Source of the DNA: an uncultured Alphaproteobacteria bacterium
GTDB lineage: Bacteria > Pseudomonadota > Alphaproteobacteria > Rhizobiales > Rhizobiaceae
DNA length: 64,000 bases
Assembly (NCBI GenBank): GCA_963791325.1
Contig: CAWBRU010000002.1
Span: forward strand, 266,632-330,631
Direction: 5' to 3'
The position numbers were made by a program, and so were the translations under genes. Positions 40,801 to 50,263 of the stretch are shown here, one piece after another; the stretch's first letter is position 1; the number at the start of each line of letters is the position of its first letter. The notes below the pieces were generated by a model. It worked only from the letters and a program-made list of their open reading frames with translations, was not told the origin of the DNA and did not search any database.

Positions 40801-43346
40801 GCCGGGACCGATCTGAGCGACGCTTCCGGCGCCGAAGATCGTGCCGCCGAAGCTCAACGTGTCGGAGCGTTCGAAGGCCAGCCGGCCCTCGTCGAGCACA
40901 TCGCCCACAATGCTGCCGCTGGTGCCGCCATTGCCGAGCTGCAAGGTGCCGTCCGAGATGGTCGTGCCGCCATCATAAGAATTGTCGCCGGTGAGCACGG
41001 TGGTGCCGGTGCCGTATTGCCCGACGTAACCGCTCCCGGAAATGACGCCGGGCAGGACGAGCGTATCGGAGCGGTCGAAGCCGAGCAGGCCGTCGTCGAC
41101 CACGTCGCCGACGATGCTGCCGCTGGTGCCGCCATTGCCGAGAATTAACTTTCCGCCCGCAATCGTGGTGCCGCCGGTATAGCTGCCGGTACCCGTCAGA
41201 ACCAAGACCCCGAAGCCGGTTGCGGTGAGCCCGCCGGGACCATCGCCGTTGGCGATCGGTCCCGAAAGCGTCAACGTATATCCCGATGTGTCGACGGTGC
41301 CGCCGGCTGTGTTCACGAAGAACGGGTTGGCGAAAGACAGGTTGTCGCTGACGGACTGGAAGGTGCCGCCATCGAAGACGCCGGCACCGGTGCCGATCGA
41401 AGCGTTGTCGGTGACCTGAAGCGTGCCGCCGGTCATCGTCGTGCCGCCGGAATAGCTGTTGGCAGACACCAGCGTCAAGGTGCCGGCGCCGAGCTTGGTC
41501 AGCTGGCCTGGTCCGTCGAGCATCTGCCCGACGGTGAAGATGTTGGTCGGGTCGGCGATGTCGAAACCGCCGCCGCCGGGACCCCAGTTGAAGACGCGCG
41601 GCGTCGCGGTAAAGGTGGTGCCGGTCACCTGCAAGGTGCCGCCGTTGAAGGTGATTGCCCCCGCGGGGCTGCCGAGATTGTTGTCGGCCGAAACCGACAC
41701 CGTGCCGCGGGTCAGAGTGGTGCCGCCGGTATAGGTGTTGACCCCGGCGAGCGTCGTCGTTCCGTCGCCGTTCTTCTCGATCGCCAGCATTCCGCCGGTG
41801 CCGCCGACGCCGTCGGAAGCGGCACTGCCGCCCGACCCGTCGAGGTCGGCGATCGCATCGGCAACGGTGTTGGTGCCGGTGCCGAAGGCGAGCGTGCCGC
41901 TCTGCATGAAGAAGCCCGAGCCGAACGCCTGCCCGCCGTTGCCGCCGGCGACGCTGCCGCCGCTGGTCACGCCGCTGCCGTTGATGGTGAGCGTGCCGCC
42001 GGAAACCACGAACACGGCGCCGCCGAGCCCGCCGCCGCCGCCGCCCGCTGTCGTGGCTCCGTTGCCGCCGGCGAAGCCGCCGACATTGTCGGTGGAACCG
42101 CCGCCGCCGAAGCCGCCGGCGCCGCCTGTGCCGTGGTTAGGGAGATCCGGGAGCGGTTGCCGAGCACCGCCGCCGCCGCCGAAGCCACCATCGGCGCCAA
42201 AATTGCCACCGCCGCCACCGCCGCCGAAGCCGCCCTCGGCGCCATTTCCGTACGGCACCGGATGACACCCTTCGCCACCGCAGCTCTCCACCGGATAGCC
42301 GCCGCCACCGCCCCCACCGAAGCCGCCATGGCCGCCATCGGCGAAGATACCGCCTCCGCCCCCGCCGCCGAAGCCACCATCGCCGCCGGTGCCAGACAGG
42401 CCGTTGGAGCTGCCGGCCAAGCCGCCAAAGCCGCCGCCACCGCCGCCCACGCCCCTTGTAGTCCCGCCGCCGCCCGTAGTGCCGCCATTGCCGCCGCCGC
42501 TGCCGCTCAGGCCCGAAATCGGCAGATTGCCGGCACCGTCCTCACCATCGCCGCTATAGCCCCCCCGGCAATCGACAAGCCGTTGCCGAACAGGCCGCCG
42601 CCTCCCCCCGGGTTGTCCAACGGGGAGGACTTGGTCGCGGACCCAAAAATGCCGCCGCCGCCACTCCCGCGGGGGCCGGAGCCACCATTGCCACCCAAGC
42701 CGCCGCCGCCACCGCCGAGCAGGTTCACCTTGCCGGTGCCGCCGTTGCCGCCCCTCGCCTGATTGCCGGTGAAATTGACGTCGGTCAGGGTGACGTCGGC
42801 GGATTGGTTGACGAACAGAGCGCCGCCGGCGCCAAGTCCGCCGCCGGCGCCGGCCCCGCCCGCACCGCCCTGGGCGACGCCCGACTCAAGCGTCAGCCCG
42901 CTGATCGCCACCTGCTGGCGCTGGGCGAGGATCGAATCGGTCGTCGGCGGGTTTCCTTGGGCGGTCGTCCGCGTCGCCTCGTCGACGCCGATCATGAAGA
43001 TGCGCGTGTTGTTGGCGGTGATCGTGTTGCCGTTGCCGACGATCGTCACCGAGTTGAAGATCGGCGACGGCGGCCCGTTCAGGGTCACGTTGCCGGTGAT
43101 CTGAATGGTGTAGGGCGGCCCGTTGCCGCCGCCTGCATTGACCTCGGCGATCGCCGCGCTGAGGCTGCCGGGCTGGGTGGTGCCGTTGGAGGCCGTGCCC
43201 GGATCGGTGCCGCCTGCCACGATAATCGTCGTCTGCGCCCACACCCCGTCCGTAAGACATGTCACCAAGATCACAACTGCAGCGCGGAGGCACCAGCCGC
43301 GGACATGTGCTCGCATAAAACTCATAACCGTCTCCTGCCTCCGCAA
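37807..43346 (-). pseudogene. type Va autotransporter (AT2, 1,846 aa if repaired) with a frameshift in a G7 tract (42560-42566) and an in-frame TAA (40159-40161)
   Basis: Signal peptide MRAHVRGWCLRAAVVILVTCLTDGVWAQ. It has a beta-helix-like head, a Gly-rich region, nine 68-aa repeats and a classical autotransporter beta-barrel ending LGLTVRW*. 5540 nt plus 1 gives 1847 codons. Confidence 0.8.
39300..41165 (-). repeat. tandem 204-bp (68-aa) coding repeats in AT2, 9 copies
   Basis: The unit is GTLQLGNGGTSGSIVGDVLDNGVLAFDRSDTVTFPGVISGTGSLAQIGTGTTVLTADNTYTGGTTISA. Copies 2-4 and 6-8 pair up, which indicates a higher-order ~816-bp duplication. Confidence 0.75.
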
Positions 43347-43364
43347 ATACTTTAATGCACACTA

Positions 43365-43393
43365 GTCATACGTATGGCTAAATCAAATGATTT
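43365..43393. promoter_or_regulatory. operator-like palindromes upstream of AT2
   Basis: GTCATACGTATGGC (43365-43378) is followed by AAATCAAATGATTT (43380-43393). They lie 19-47 bp upstream of the AT2 ORF start (43346). Confidence 0.4.
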
Positions 43394-43436
43394 AGTCGCT
43401 GGTTGAATGACCATAGCCGAAGATTCGACCGCTCAT

Positions 43437-43472
43437 AAAAACCCCGGCCGAGGCTGGAGTGCTTCGGCCGGG
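43437..43472 (-). terminator. rho-independent terminator of AT3
   Basis: On the minus strand, the 9-bp GC stem CCCGGCCGA/TCGGCCGGG (43443-43451 and 43464-43472) is followed by a T5 run (A5 at 43437-43441 on the plus strand). It begins 16 nt after the AT3 stop codon. Confidence 0.6.
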
Positions 43473-43487
43473 CTTGTTGTGGTGGGT

Positions 43488-46400
43488 TTAGAACTGGACC
43501 TTGAGGAAGGCCGAGAAGGTATTGTCGGTGGCTGTCCTGCCGAACTGTCCGGCATAGGCGACACCGATCGCGGCGTTGGTGGTCAGCGCATAGTCGAGGC
43601 TGGCTTCGGCGACGAAGGCATCGCGGCTGCCCGCCGCGCCCTCGACGGTGAACGGACTGCCGCCCTGGAAGGCGAGCGCGGCGGTCGGGGCGGCATCGCC
43701 ATAGGCATGGCGCCAGCCGAGCATGGTGCGGGCGGTGAGCGGCAGGGCGCCGGTGAGCGCGGCTTCGGCGCGCAGGCCGAGCGTGGTGGTGGCGACGTCC
43801 TGGCTGGCCGCCAGCGCGGAGAGCGCGGCGAGGCCGCCGTCTTCGCCGAAGCCGTCCTGATGGAGGTGGACGACGGCCCCGCCGGCGAACGGCTGGAGCC
43901 AGGCGTGGCCGAGCGGCAGGCCGCCGAGCGCCGGGGCGGCGAGGTCGAAGCGATAGCCGGCCTCGCCGAACGCCTGTGCGGTGGTGCCGTGGCCCTCGGA
44001 AGCGGCCGCCTCGCCGAAGCCCGGGAAGACGATCCGGCGGTCGAGCCGGGTGGTGTTGCGGCTGTAGGCAGCCCCGGCGGAGAGCTGGACGGGACCATAG
44101 GCGGCACTGCCGTAAAGCGCGGCAAAGACGCTGTCGACACGGCCCGAAGAGGCGCGCTCGTCGACGTCGAAATTGTCGTGGAGATAGCCGCCGGCAGCCC
44201 CCAGGCGGGCGGTGCCGCCGGGGACGTCGAGGCCGCCGACATCGCCGCCGAAGATCACGCCGGCGGTCTGATGGGAGAGGGCGGCCACCTCGGCGTCACC
44301 GCGGTTGGTGCCGGTGTCGCCGATGGCTTGGCTCCAGAAGCCGAGCGTGTCGTCGGGAGCTTCGGCCGCGGCGCCGAAGCCGTGCCGGCCGGCGAGCGCC
44401 ATCGTCTGCCCGGCGGCGGGCGCGGCGGCCGGCCGGCTCAGGCGGTCGAGGATGGCGTCGCGGATCAGACGCTGGTCGCTCAGGCCGGCGGTGATCGCGC
44501 TGGCATGCGCCTCGCCCGAGAGCGCGTTGAAGGCCTGGCGGGCGCCGCCGGCATCCTGGCCGATCACCGCATCGTAGAGCGGGCTTGCGCTGCCGAGCGC
44601 CTGAAGGGCGTCGGCGACGGCCCGCTGGTTGCGGTTGTTGCCGGCGCTGGCGAGCTCGGCGGTCTGGGTGAAGCCGAGGGTGATGCCGCCGGCGCCATAG
44701 GCGAGCGACGGCGTCAGGAAGGCGAGGTTGGAGGTGACGTTGCCGAAGCTGCCGGTGACGCCGCCGCCGGCGGTCAGGATGGTGGCGTGGGTCGTCGGAT
44801 TGAACTTGCCGGCGCCGGCGGTGACGGCAAGGGTGCTGCCGCCGAGCGTGATGGTGCCGGTGGCGGCCAGGCGGTCGCTGCGGCCGTCGGGCAGGACGGT
44901 GACGGCCAGGGTCGAGCCGGAGGCGAAGCTGACATCGCCGGCGACCGACAGCGTGGTGATGGGCGTCACCAGGCCGGGCGCGACGGTGCCGCCGGCATCG
45001 ACGGTGAGGTCGCCGACGGTGCCGCCGCCGGCCAGCGTGGCGCCGGACTGGATGGTGAACGGCGAATGGGCCAGCGAGCCGTCGACCACCAGGGTGCCGG
45101 CGCCGACCGTGGTCGGACCGGAGAGCGGGCTGTCGCCGGAGAGCGTCAGCGTGCCGGCGCCCTGCTTGCTGAGTTCGCCGGTGCCGGAGATGACGCCGGC
45201 ATAGGTCAGCGCATCGCTGCGCTCGAAGATGAGCGCGGCATCGTCGACGATGTCGCCGGCGAGGCTGCCCGTGGTGCCGCCGTCGCCGATCTTGAGCGTG
45301 CCGCCGCTGATCGTGGTGATGCCGGTGAACGGGCTGTCGCCGGAGAGCGTCAGCGTGCCGGCGCCCTGCTTGGTGAGTGCGCCGGTGCCGGAGATGACGC
45401 CGGCATAGGTGAAGCTGTCGCTGCGGTCGAAGGTGAGCGCGGCGTCGTCGGCGATGTCACCGACGACCGAGCCGGTGGTGCCGCCGTCGCCGATCTGAAG
45501 CGTGCCGCCGGCAATCACGGTGCCGCCGGTATAGGTGTCGGTGCCGGAGAGCACCAGGGTGCCGAGATCGTCCTTGACCAGCGTGGCGGCGCCGGTGAGG
45601 TCGACGGCGATGGTGGCGGTGACGTCGGCGCCGTCCGAGCTGCCGTCGCCGACCCGGATGACCGATTGCGGGCCGCTCAGGGTGAGCGGGTCGCCGTCGA
45701 TGCGGTAGCCGTCGACGGTGAACTGCATGCCGGTGACGGCGACGGCGCCGCCGCTGTCGTCGACGGTGACCACGCCGGGCGCGGCCTGGAAGATGGCGAA
45801 GCTCGGCTCATAGGCCGAATTGACGGCGCCGTTGACGTCGGTCCAATTGTCGTCGGCCAGGGTCCAGGCGCCATCGCCGCCGTCGACCCTGTCGTTGTCG
45901 TGGTTGGCGGGCAGGCCGCCGTCCCAGAAGGTGAGCGTCTCGCCGCCGGCATTGACCAGATTGACCTCGTCGGCGACCGCCGTCTGCACCAGGAGGCCGG
46001 ACACCGGGGCGGCGCCGATGGTCATGCCGTTGTCGGCCAAGCTGCCGCTGTAGTCGAACAGCCGGTAGACGCCGACGCCGCCGATGCTCTCGACATTGAG
46101 CACGCCGTCGAGGGTGAGGTCGCCGGCGACGTCGAAGAGGGCGCCGCCGCCGGGGGCGCTCAGGCCGACATCGACCTGCGCATCCTCGCTGAGGCCGAGA
46201 GAGCCGGTGTGCAGGGTCTGCCCTTGGGTGCCCAGGAGATGGCCGCCGTCGTCGATCTCGACGGGGCCGCCGATGCTGCCCTTGCCGCCGAGTGCGGCAC
46301 CGCTGTCGACGATGACGGGGCCGATGGCGCCGTCGACCTGCAAGGTGCCGTCGGCGACCTCGGTCAGGCCGGTATAGGTGCTGGCGCCGGTCACGGTGAA

Positions 46401-49400
46401 AGTGCCGCTGCCGGCCTTGGTCAGCCCGCCGTCTCCGGAGATGACGCCGGAGAAGGTGGTGCTGGTGTTGTCCGAACCGGTGGTGAGATCGCCGCTGGCG
46501 ATCACCTGACCGGCGCCCGACAGCGAGCCGATCTGCTCGGCGAAGCCGTTGAGGTCGAGCACCGCGCCGGCCGCGACGGAGAAGGCGCTTCGGCCGGAGA
46601 AGACATAGTCGCCGCCGGCCGTGAGCGTTCCAGCCGCCACCGTGGTCGCCCCGGTATAGGTGTCAAGGCCGGAGAGCCTGAGCGTGCCGGCACCGAGCTT
46701 GGTGAGGCCGCCGACCGGCTCGAAGACATACCCGTCGGCGATCGGGCCGGACAGCGTGGCGAGGCCGGTATTGATGTTGATTTTGGTCTGGCCGGCGGTC
46801 AGCATCGCGTTGGCAAGGCCGCCTGAGCCGGTGAGGTCAAGGGTGCTGCCGCCCAACAGCGACAGCGTGCCGGTGCCGATGGTGCCGTCACCGGTGACCG
46901 CCAGCGTGCCCTCCGTGACCACGGTCTTGCCGGAATAGCTGTTGGCGCCCGACAGTGTGAAGGTGCCGCTGCCCATCTTGGTCAGGGAGCCGGTGCCGGA
47001 GATGATACCGGAGAAGGTCGTGCTGGTGTTGTCCAAGCCGGTCAGAAGGTTGTCGCCGGTGATGACCGAGCCGGCGCCGGCGAGCGAGCCGATCCATTCG
47101 ACATAATGGTTGAGGTCGAGCACCGCGCCGGCATCGACCGTATAGGCGCTGGCTCTGGAGAAGACATAGTCGCCGCCGGCCGTGAGCGTTCCAGCCGCCA
47201 CCGTGGTCGCCCCGGTATAGGTGTCAAGGCCGGAGAGCCTCAGCGTGCCGCCACCGGTCTTGGTGAGGCCGCCGACCGGCTCGAAGACATATCCGTCGGC
47301 GATCGGGCCGGACAGCGTGGCGAGGCCGGTATCGATGTTGATTTTGGTCTGGCCGGCGGTCAGCATCGCGTTGGCGAGGCCGGCCGAGCCGGTGAGGTCG
47401 AGGGTCGTGCCGCCCAACAGCAACAGCGTGCCGGTGCCGATGGTGCCGTCACCGGTGACCGCCAGCGTCCCGCCGCCCACTGCCGTGTTGCCGGAATAGC
47501 TGTTGGCGCCCGACAGTGTGAAGGTGCCGCTGCCCATCTTGGTCAGCGAGCCGGCGCCGGAGATGACGCCGGAGAAGGTCGTGCTCGTGTTGTCCAAGCC
47601 GGTCAGAAGGTTGCCGCTGTCGTGCACCTGGCCGGCGCCGGCGAGCGAGCCGATCCATTCGATGGAATTGTTGAGGTCGAGCACCGCGCCGCTACCGACC
47701 GTATAGGCGCTGTCTCTCGAGAAGACATAGTCGCCGCCGGCCTGCAGCGTGCCGGCCGCGACATTGGTCGGCCCGGTATAGGTGCCATTGCCGGAGAGCT
47801 TCAGCGTGCCGGCACCCGTCTTGGTGAGGCCGCCGACACCGCTGATCGGACCTGAGAGCGTCGCATTGTTGGCGCGGGTGTCGATGGTGCTGTCGGCATC
47901 GAGCCGGATCGGCAGATCGCTGGTGATCTGCGGTCCGGCGAGCTGTAGCGTGCCGCCCGTGAGCACCGGCCCCGGCGCGCCGCCGAGGCCGGACGCCATG
48001 GTGCAGCGCAGCGCGCCTCCCGTGTGCGCGACAAAGACCAAGCCGCTGGCCAGCATGGCATTGCCGTTAGAGCAGGCGCCGAGGTTGAATGGCTCGCTGC
48101 CGACGGCGATGGCCTTGCCGTTAGTGCCGGTCGTGAGGTCGATAGGCCTCACCGTGTTGCCCGCATAGCTCACGTAAAGGGTCTTGCCGTCCGGCGCCAG
48201 GGCGACGCCCGTCGGCGAAGAGCCGCCGCCAATATCGCCGACGCCGCTCAGAGTTTGAGTATCGAATTTTCTCACGAGGCCGAGTGCGTTTTGCGCGACG
48301 TAGAGGATCTTGCCGTCTTGCGACACCGCCAAGCCGTACGGCTCGCTCTTGTCAAGATAGGTGGATTTCGTGTCACCGGTCGATATGTCAATGGCATAGA
48401 TGTAGCTGTCGGTAGAGCTCTGTTGAATGCCCGAAGCGTAGACGGTCTTGCCGTCTGGGGAAATCGCAAGGCCGAAGACCATATGGTTATCGCCGCCGAC
48501 GTTGATGGGGGTTCCGGCCTCACCCGCCGCCAGGTCGACTGGGGTGACGATGCCGGTGAGCAAACTGGCCACATAGGCCGTCTCGCCGTCCGGTGCGATG
48601 ACTATCCTGCCCGAGCCGTCCATCGGGATAGACTTTCCGAACGTGCGGGCTTGAGTGCCGATCGGCACGATTCCGTTGTCAAATCCGACGTAAATGGTGC
48701 GGCCGTCGGGGGTAACGGCGATGCTCCTCGGTTTTGGGTCGCCAGGATTTACGGCGGTCCACTGCGTTACCACATTCGTGGCGGTATCGATCGCGAAGAC
48801 CCCGGTATCGCTTGCCACATAGACATGCGCCTGGTCGCTGCTGACCGAAACGGTCGATGGGATCTGACCGACGGAGTTGATGGTGGCAATCGTGGTATTG
48901 CTGGCGCTGTCGATGATTGATACCGAGTTGCCTTCGCTGTTGGGAACATAGATCAGCGTCCCCCGGTCGGCCGCCTGAGCCGCCGCCGTGCATAGCGCCG
49001 CCACACAGGCGACCGTGCTCAAATACCAGGCTTTGCGGCTGGCCCGGCGGCGGGCGCGATACCCCACGGGCTGTGCAATGGCCGGCAGCCACGGGGCGGC
49101 GAGCAGGCTGGCGGCGTTCGCTCGGGACCGGGTACAACCGGAACCGTCGCTCGCGCCGGCGCTCATGGCGGAGGCTGAATGTGTGTCACCCCGCCGTCCC
49201 GGCGCGCGTTCATTGATCAGCGATGCCAAGTCGATTGCCGTGCCTTTGGCTCCTTGCGACCGGCGCCGTCCTCTGAACGCGCCGGCACCCACTCTCATTT
49301 GCCCCATGGATTTGCCCCTCTTCCACCAAACAACTGTTCCGTTGTGCGGCTGTGACTTGACACAGGCACCGCCCACGGATGCTCTTCGCCCAAAAACAGT

Positions 49401-49424
49401 CTTACTGACGAGTGATTTCGTCAT
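43488..49424 (-). CDS. giant type Va autotransporter (AT3) with an N-terminal YVTN-type beta-propeller head
   Basis: Intact 1,978-codon ORF. The signal peptide KAWYLSTVACVAALCTAAAQA lies about 130 aa in, so the real start is probably the ATG at 49166 or 49307. Beta-propeller repeats are present (SPDGKTVYAS, DGKILYVAQN, DGKTLYVSY). PATR repeats and a beta-barrel ending FLKVQF* follow. Confidence 0.85.
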   Translation of the reverse strand: MTKSLVSKTVFGRRASVGGACVKSQPHNGTVVWWKRGKSMGQMRVGAGAFRGRRRSQGAKGTAIDLASLINERAPGRRGDTHSASAMSAGASDGSGCTRSRANAASLLAAPWLPAIAQPVGYRARRRASRKAWYLSTVACVAALCTAAAQAADRGTLIYVPNSEGNSVSIIDSASNTTIATINSVGQIPSTVSVSSDQAHVYVASDTGVFAIDTATNVVTQWTAVNPGDPKPRSIAVTPDGRTIYVGFDNGIVPIGTQARTFGKSIPMDGSGRIVIAPDGETAYVASLLTGIVTPVDLAAGEAGTPINVGGDNHMVFGLAISPDGKTVYASGIQQSSTDSYIYAIDISTGDTKSTYLDKSEPYGLAVSQDGKILYVAQNALGLVRKFDTQTLSGVGDIGGGSSPTGVALAPDGKTLYVSYAGNTVRPIDLTTGTNGKAIAVGSEPFNLGACSNGNAMLASGLVFVAHTGGALRCTMASGLGGAPGPVLTGGTLQLAGPQITSDLPIRLDADSTIDTRANNATLSGPISGVGGLTKTGAGTLKLSGNGTYTGPTNVAAGTLQAGGDYVFSRDSAYTVGSGAVLDLNNSIEWIGSLAGAGQVHDSGNLLTGLDNTSTTFSGVISGAGSLTKMGSGTFTLSGANSYSGNTAVGGGTLAVTGDGTIGTGTLLLLGGTTLDLTGSAGLANAMLTAGQTKINIDTGLATLSGPIADGYVFEPVGGLTKTGGGTLRLSGLDTYTGATTVAAGTLTAGGDYVFSRASAYTVDAGAVLDLNHYVEWIGSLAGAGSVITGDNLLTGLDNTSTTFSGIISGTGSLTKMGSGTFTLSGANSYSGKTVVTEGTLAVTGDGTIGTGTLSLLGGSTLDLTGSGGLANAMLTAGQTKININTGLATLSGPIADGYVFEPVGGLTKLGAGTLRLSGLDTYTGATTVAAGTLTAGGDYVFSGRSAFSVAAGAVLDLNGFAEQIGSLSGAGQVIASGDLTTGSDNTSTTFSGVISGDGGLTKAGSGTFTVTGASTYTGLTEVADGTLQVDGAIGPVIVDSGAALGGKGSIGGPVEIDDGGHLLGTQGQTLHTGSLGLSEDAQVDVGLSAPGGGALFDVAGDLTLDGVLNVESIGGVGVYRLFDYSGSLADNGMTIGAAPVSGLLVQTAVADEVNLVNAGGETLTFWDGGLPANHDNDRVDGGDGAWTLADDNWTDVNGAVNSAYEPSFAIFQAAPGVVTVDDSGGAVAVTGMQFTVDGYRIDGDPLTLSGPQSVIRVGDGSSDGADVTATIAVDLTGAATLVKDDLGTLVLSGTDTYTGGTVIAGGTLQIGDGGTTGSVVGDIADDAALTFDRSDSFTYAGVISGTGALTKQGAGTLTLSGDSPFTGITTISGGTLKIGDGGTTGSLAGDIVDDAALIFERSDALTYAGVISGTGELSKQGAGTLTLSGDSPLSGPTTVGAGTLVVDGSLAHSPFTIQSGATLAGGGTVGDLTVDAGGTVAPGLVTPITTLSVAGDVSFASGSTLAVTVLPDGRSDRLAATGTITLGGSTLAVTAGAGKFNPTTHATILTAGGGVTGSFGNVTSNLAFLTPSLAYGAGGITLGFTQTAELASAGNNRNQRAVADALQALGSASPLYDAVIGQDAGGARQAFNALSGEAHASAITAGLSDQRLIRDAILDRLSRPAAAPAAGQTMALAGRHGFGAAAEAPDDTLGFWSQAIGDTGTNRGDAEVAALSHQTAGVIFGGDVGGLDVPGGTARLGAAGGYLHDNFDVDERASSGRVDSVFAALYGSAAYGPVQLSAGAAYSRNTTRLDRRIVFPGFGEAAASEGHGTTAQAFGEAGYRFDLAAPALGGLPLGHAWLQPFAGGAVVHLHQDGFGEDGGLAALSALAASQDVATTTLGLRAEAALTGALPLTARTMLGWRHAYGDAAPTAALAFQGGSPFTVEGAAGSRDAFVAEASLDYALTTNAAIGVAYAGQFGRTATDNTFSAFLKVQF
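46350..47840 (-). repeat. tandem 561-bp (187-aa) coding repeat in AT3, about 2.6 copies
   Basis: The antisense ORFs 46660..46938 and 47221..47499 are near-identical and offset by 561 bp. The protein unit is GGLTKTGxGTLxLSG...GDYVFSRxSAYTV...TTFSGxISGxGSLTKMGSGTFTLSGANSYSG...LATLSGPIADGYVFEPV. Confidence 0.7.
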
Positions 49425-49587
49425 ATGATCAGATCTTACGATCTAGTCAGATGATCAACGATGGAGCAACAAATCACAGCTTGCAATAAATGATGGCTAT
49501 GATCGCACTGGTTGCGTGCGGCGCGAATCGATCTGTGAATGGATGGAACGCACCCGTTGAGGGGAGAGGAGCCGTTGGCGCCTGATC

Positions 49588-49657
49588 CGAAAAAGTGGCT
49601 GCCGGCTGTTCAAAAAGGGCGGGCAATCAAAGGATTAAAGTAGACACACGATTCCAG
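49588..49657. repeat. possible degenerate fourth copy of the intergenic repeat family
   Basis: CCTGATCCGAAAAAGTGGCTGCCGGCTGTTCAAAAAGGGCGGGCAATCAAAGGATTAAAGTAGACACACGATTCCAGG aligns loosely, block by block, with copy 3 (CCGGGAAAAGTGGAAACGG... / CAAAGACTTAGAGG / CACCGGTTCGAGG). Confidence 0.3.
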
Positions 49658-49689
49658 GGCCTGTTGAGAACCAGAATTCTCAACAGGCC
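49658..49689 (-). terminator. 13-bp-stem hairpin 22 nt downstream of the NTF2-like gene stop (no clear U-tract)
   Basis: GGCCTGTTGAGAA-CCAGAA-TTCTCAACAGGCC is a perfect inverted repeat. Its terminator function is inferred from position only. Confidence 0.4.
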
Positions 49690-49710
49690 TTAGCCGTCCC
49701 GCCGTGCCCT

Positions 49711-50193
49711 CTATTTGCCAAGCAAGGCGTTCGGCGTGGTTGTGAAAGCGATGAAGCGGATGATCGACCACTTGCCGTCGGGCTGACGATGGAAGACATC
49801 CATACCCTCCTCGGTCGAAACATCCCTGTCGCTTTTTATCCGGGTGGTCAGCGTCCAGGTTAGGCGGACCACCGCCAGATCGCCCGACACGATGATGTCA
49901 TGAATGTCGGGATCGGCATAGCTGACGTGGAGATCGGACCGCGCCAACAACTTGGCAAGGTTGGCGCACATCGTGTCCCGCGTGCCCCTCGGGACTTCCG
50001 GGATCGCATAGACGAGGTCGGAGGCAAAAAGGTCGCAAACACCGTCCGCATTCCGGGCGTTGAAGGCGGCCGTCCAGTCCTGAAAGCGTTCGATGATGGC
50101 CGCCTTATCGGCGGCCGGATCGGCCATAGCCGGGACGGCCGCCGCCGCCAGCGTGCCGGCGACGGCATGTGCCGCAAACCATCGGTGAGCCAT
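49711..50193 (-). CDS. secreted NTF2-like/SnoaL-like (DUF4440-type) protein
   Basis: Signal peptide MAHRWFAAHAVAGTLAAAAVPAMA, then AAIIERFQDWTAAFNARNADGVCDLFASDLVY ... GKWSIIRF. The ATG at 50193 follows GGGAGG; the ORF track uses a TTG at 50196. Confidence 0.7.
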   Translation of the reverse strand: MAHRWFAAHAVAGTLAAAAVPAMADPAADKAAIIERFQDWTAAFNARNADGVCDLFASDLVYAIPEVPRGTRDTMCANLAKLLARSDLHVSYADPDIHDIIVSGDLAVVRLTWTLTTRIKSDRDVSTEEGMDVFHRQPDGKWSIIRFIAFTTTPNALLGK

Positions 50194-50263
50194 CAAAATC
50201 CTCCCGAAGCAGCAATAGCCGGACGGGAGCGCATGGACAATCTATCGGGAATTCAAGAGCTCC

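Noticed and set aside
39300-41165. CRISPR-like regular repeats (204-bp array in AT2; also the 297-bp and 561-bp arrays)
   Set aside because: The repeat units are contiguous with no unique spacers. They are far longer than CRISPR repeats and lie in frame inside a protein-coding gene. No cas genes are present.
43407-46826. Long antisense ORFs inside the autotransporter genes (43407..46826 + 1139 aa, 50483..52423 + 646 aa, 39961..41148 +, 30240..31934 -, 53238..54017 + proline-rich)
   Set aside because: They mirror Gly/Ala/Thr-rich repeats read on the wrong strand, giving Pro/Arg/Ala-rich products. They have no signal peptides, motifs or RBS context. The sense strand has unambiguous autotransporter architecture.
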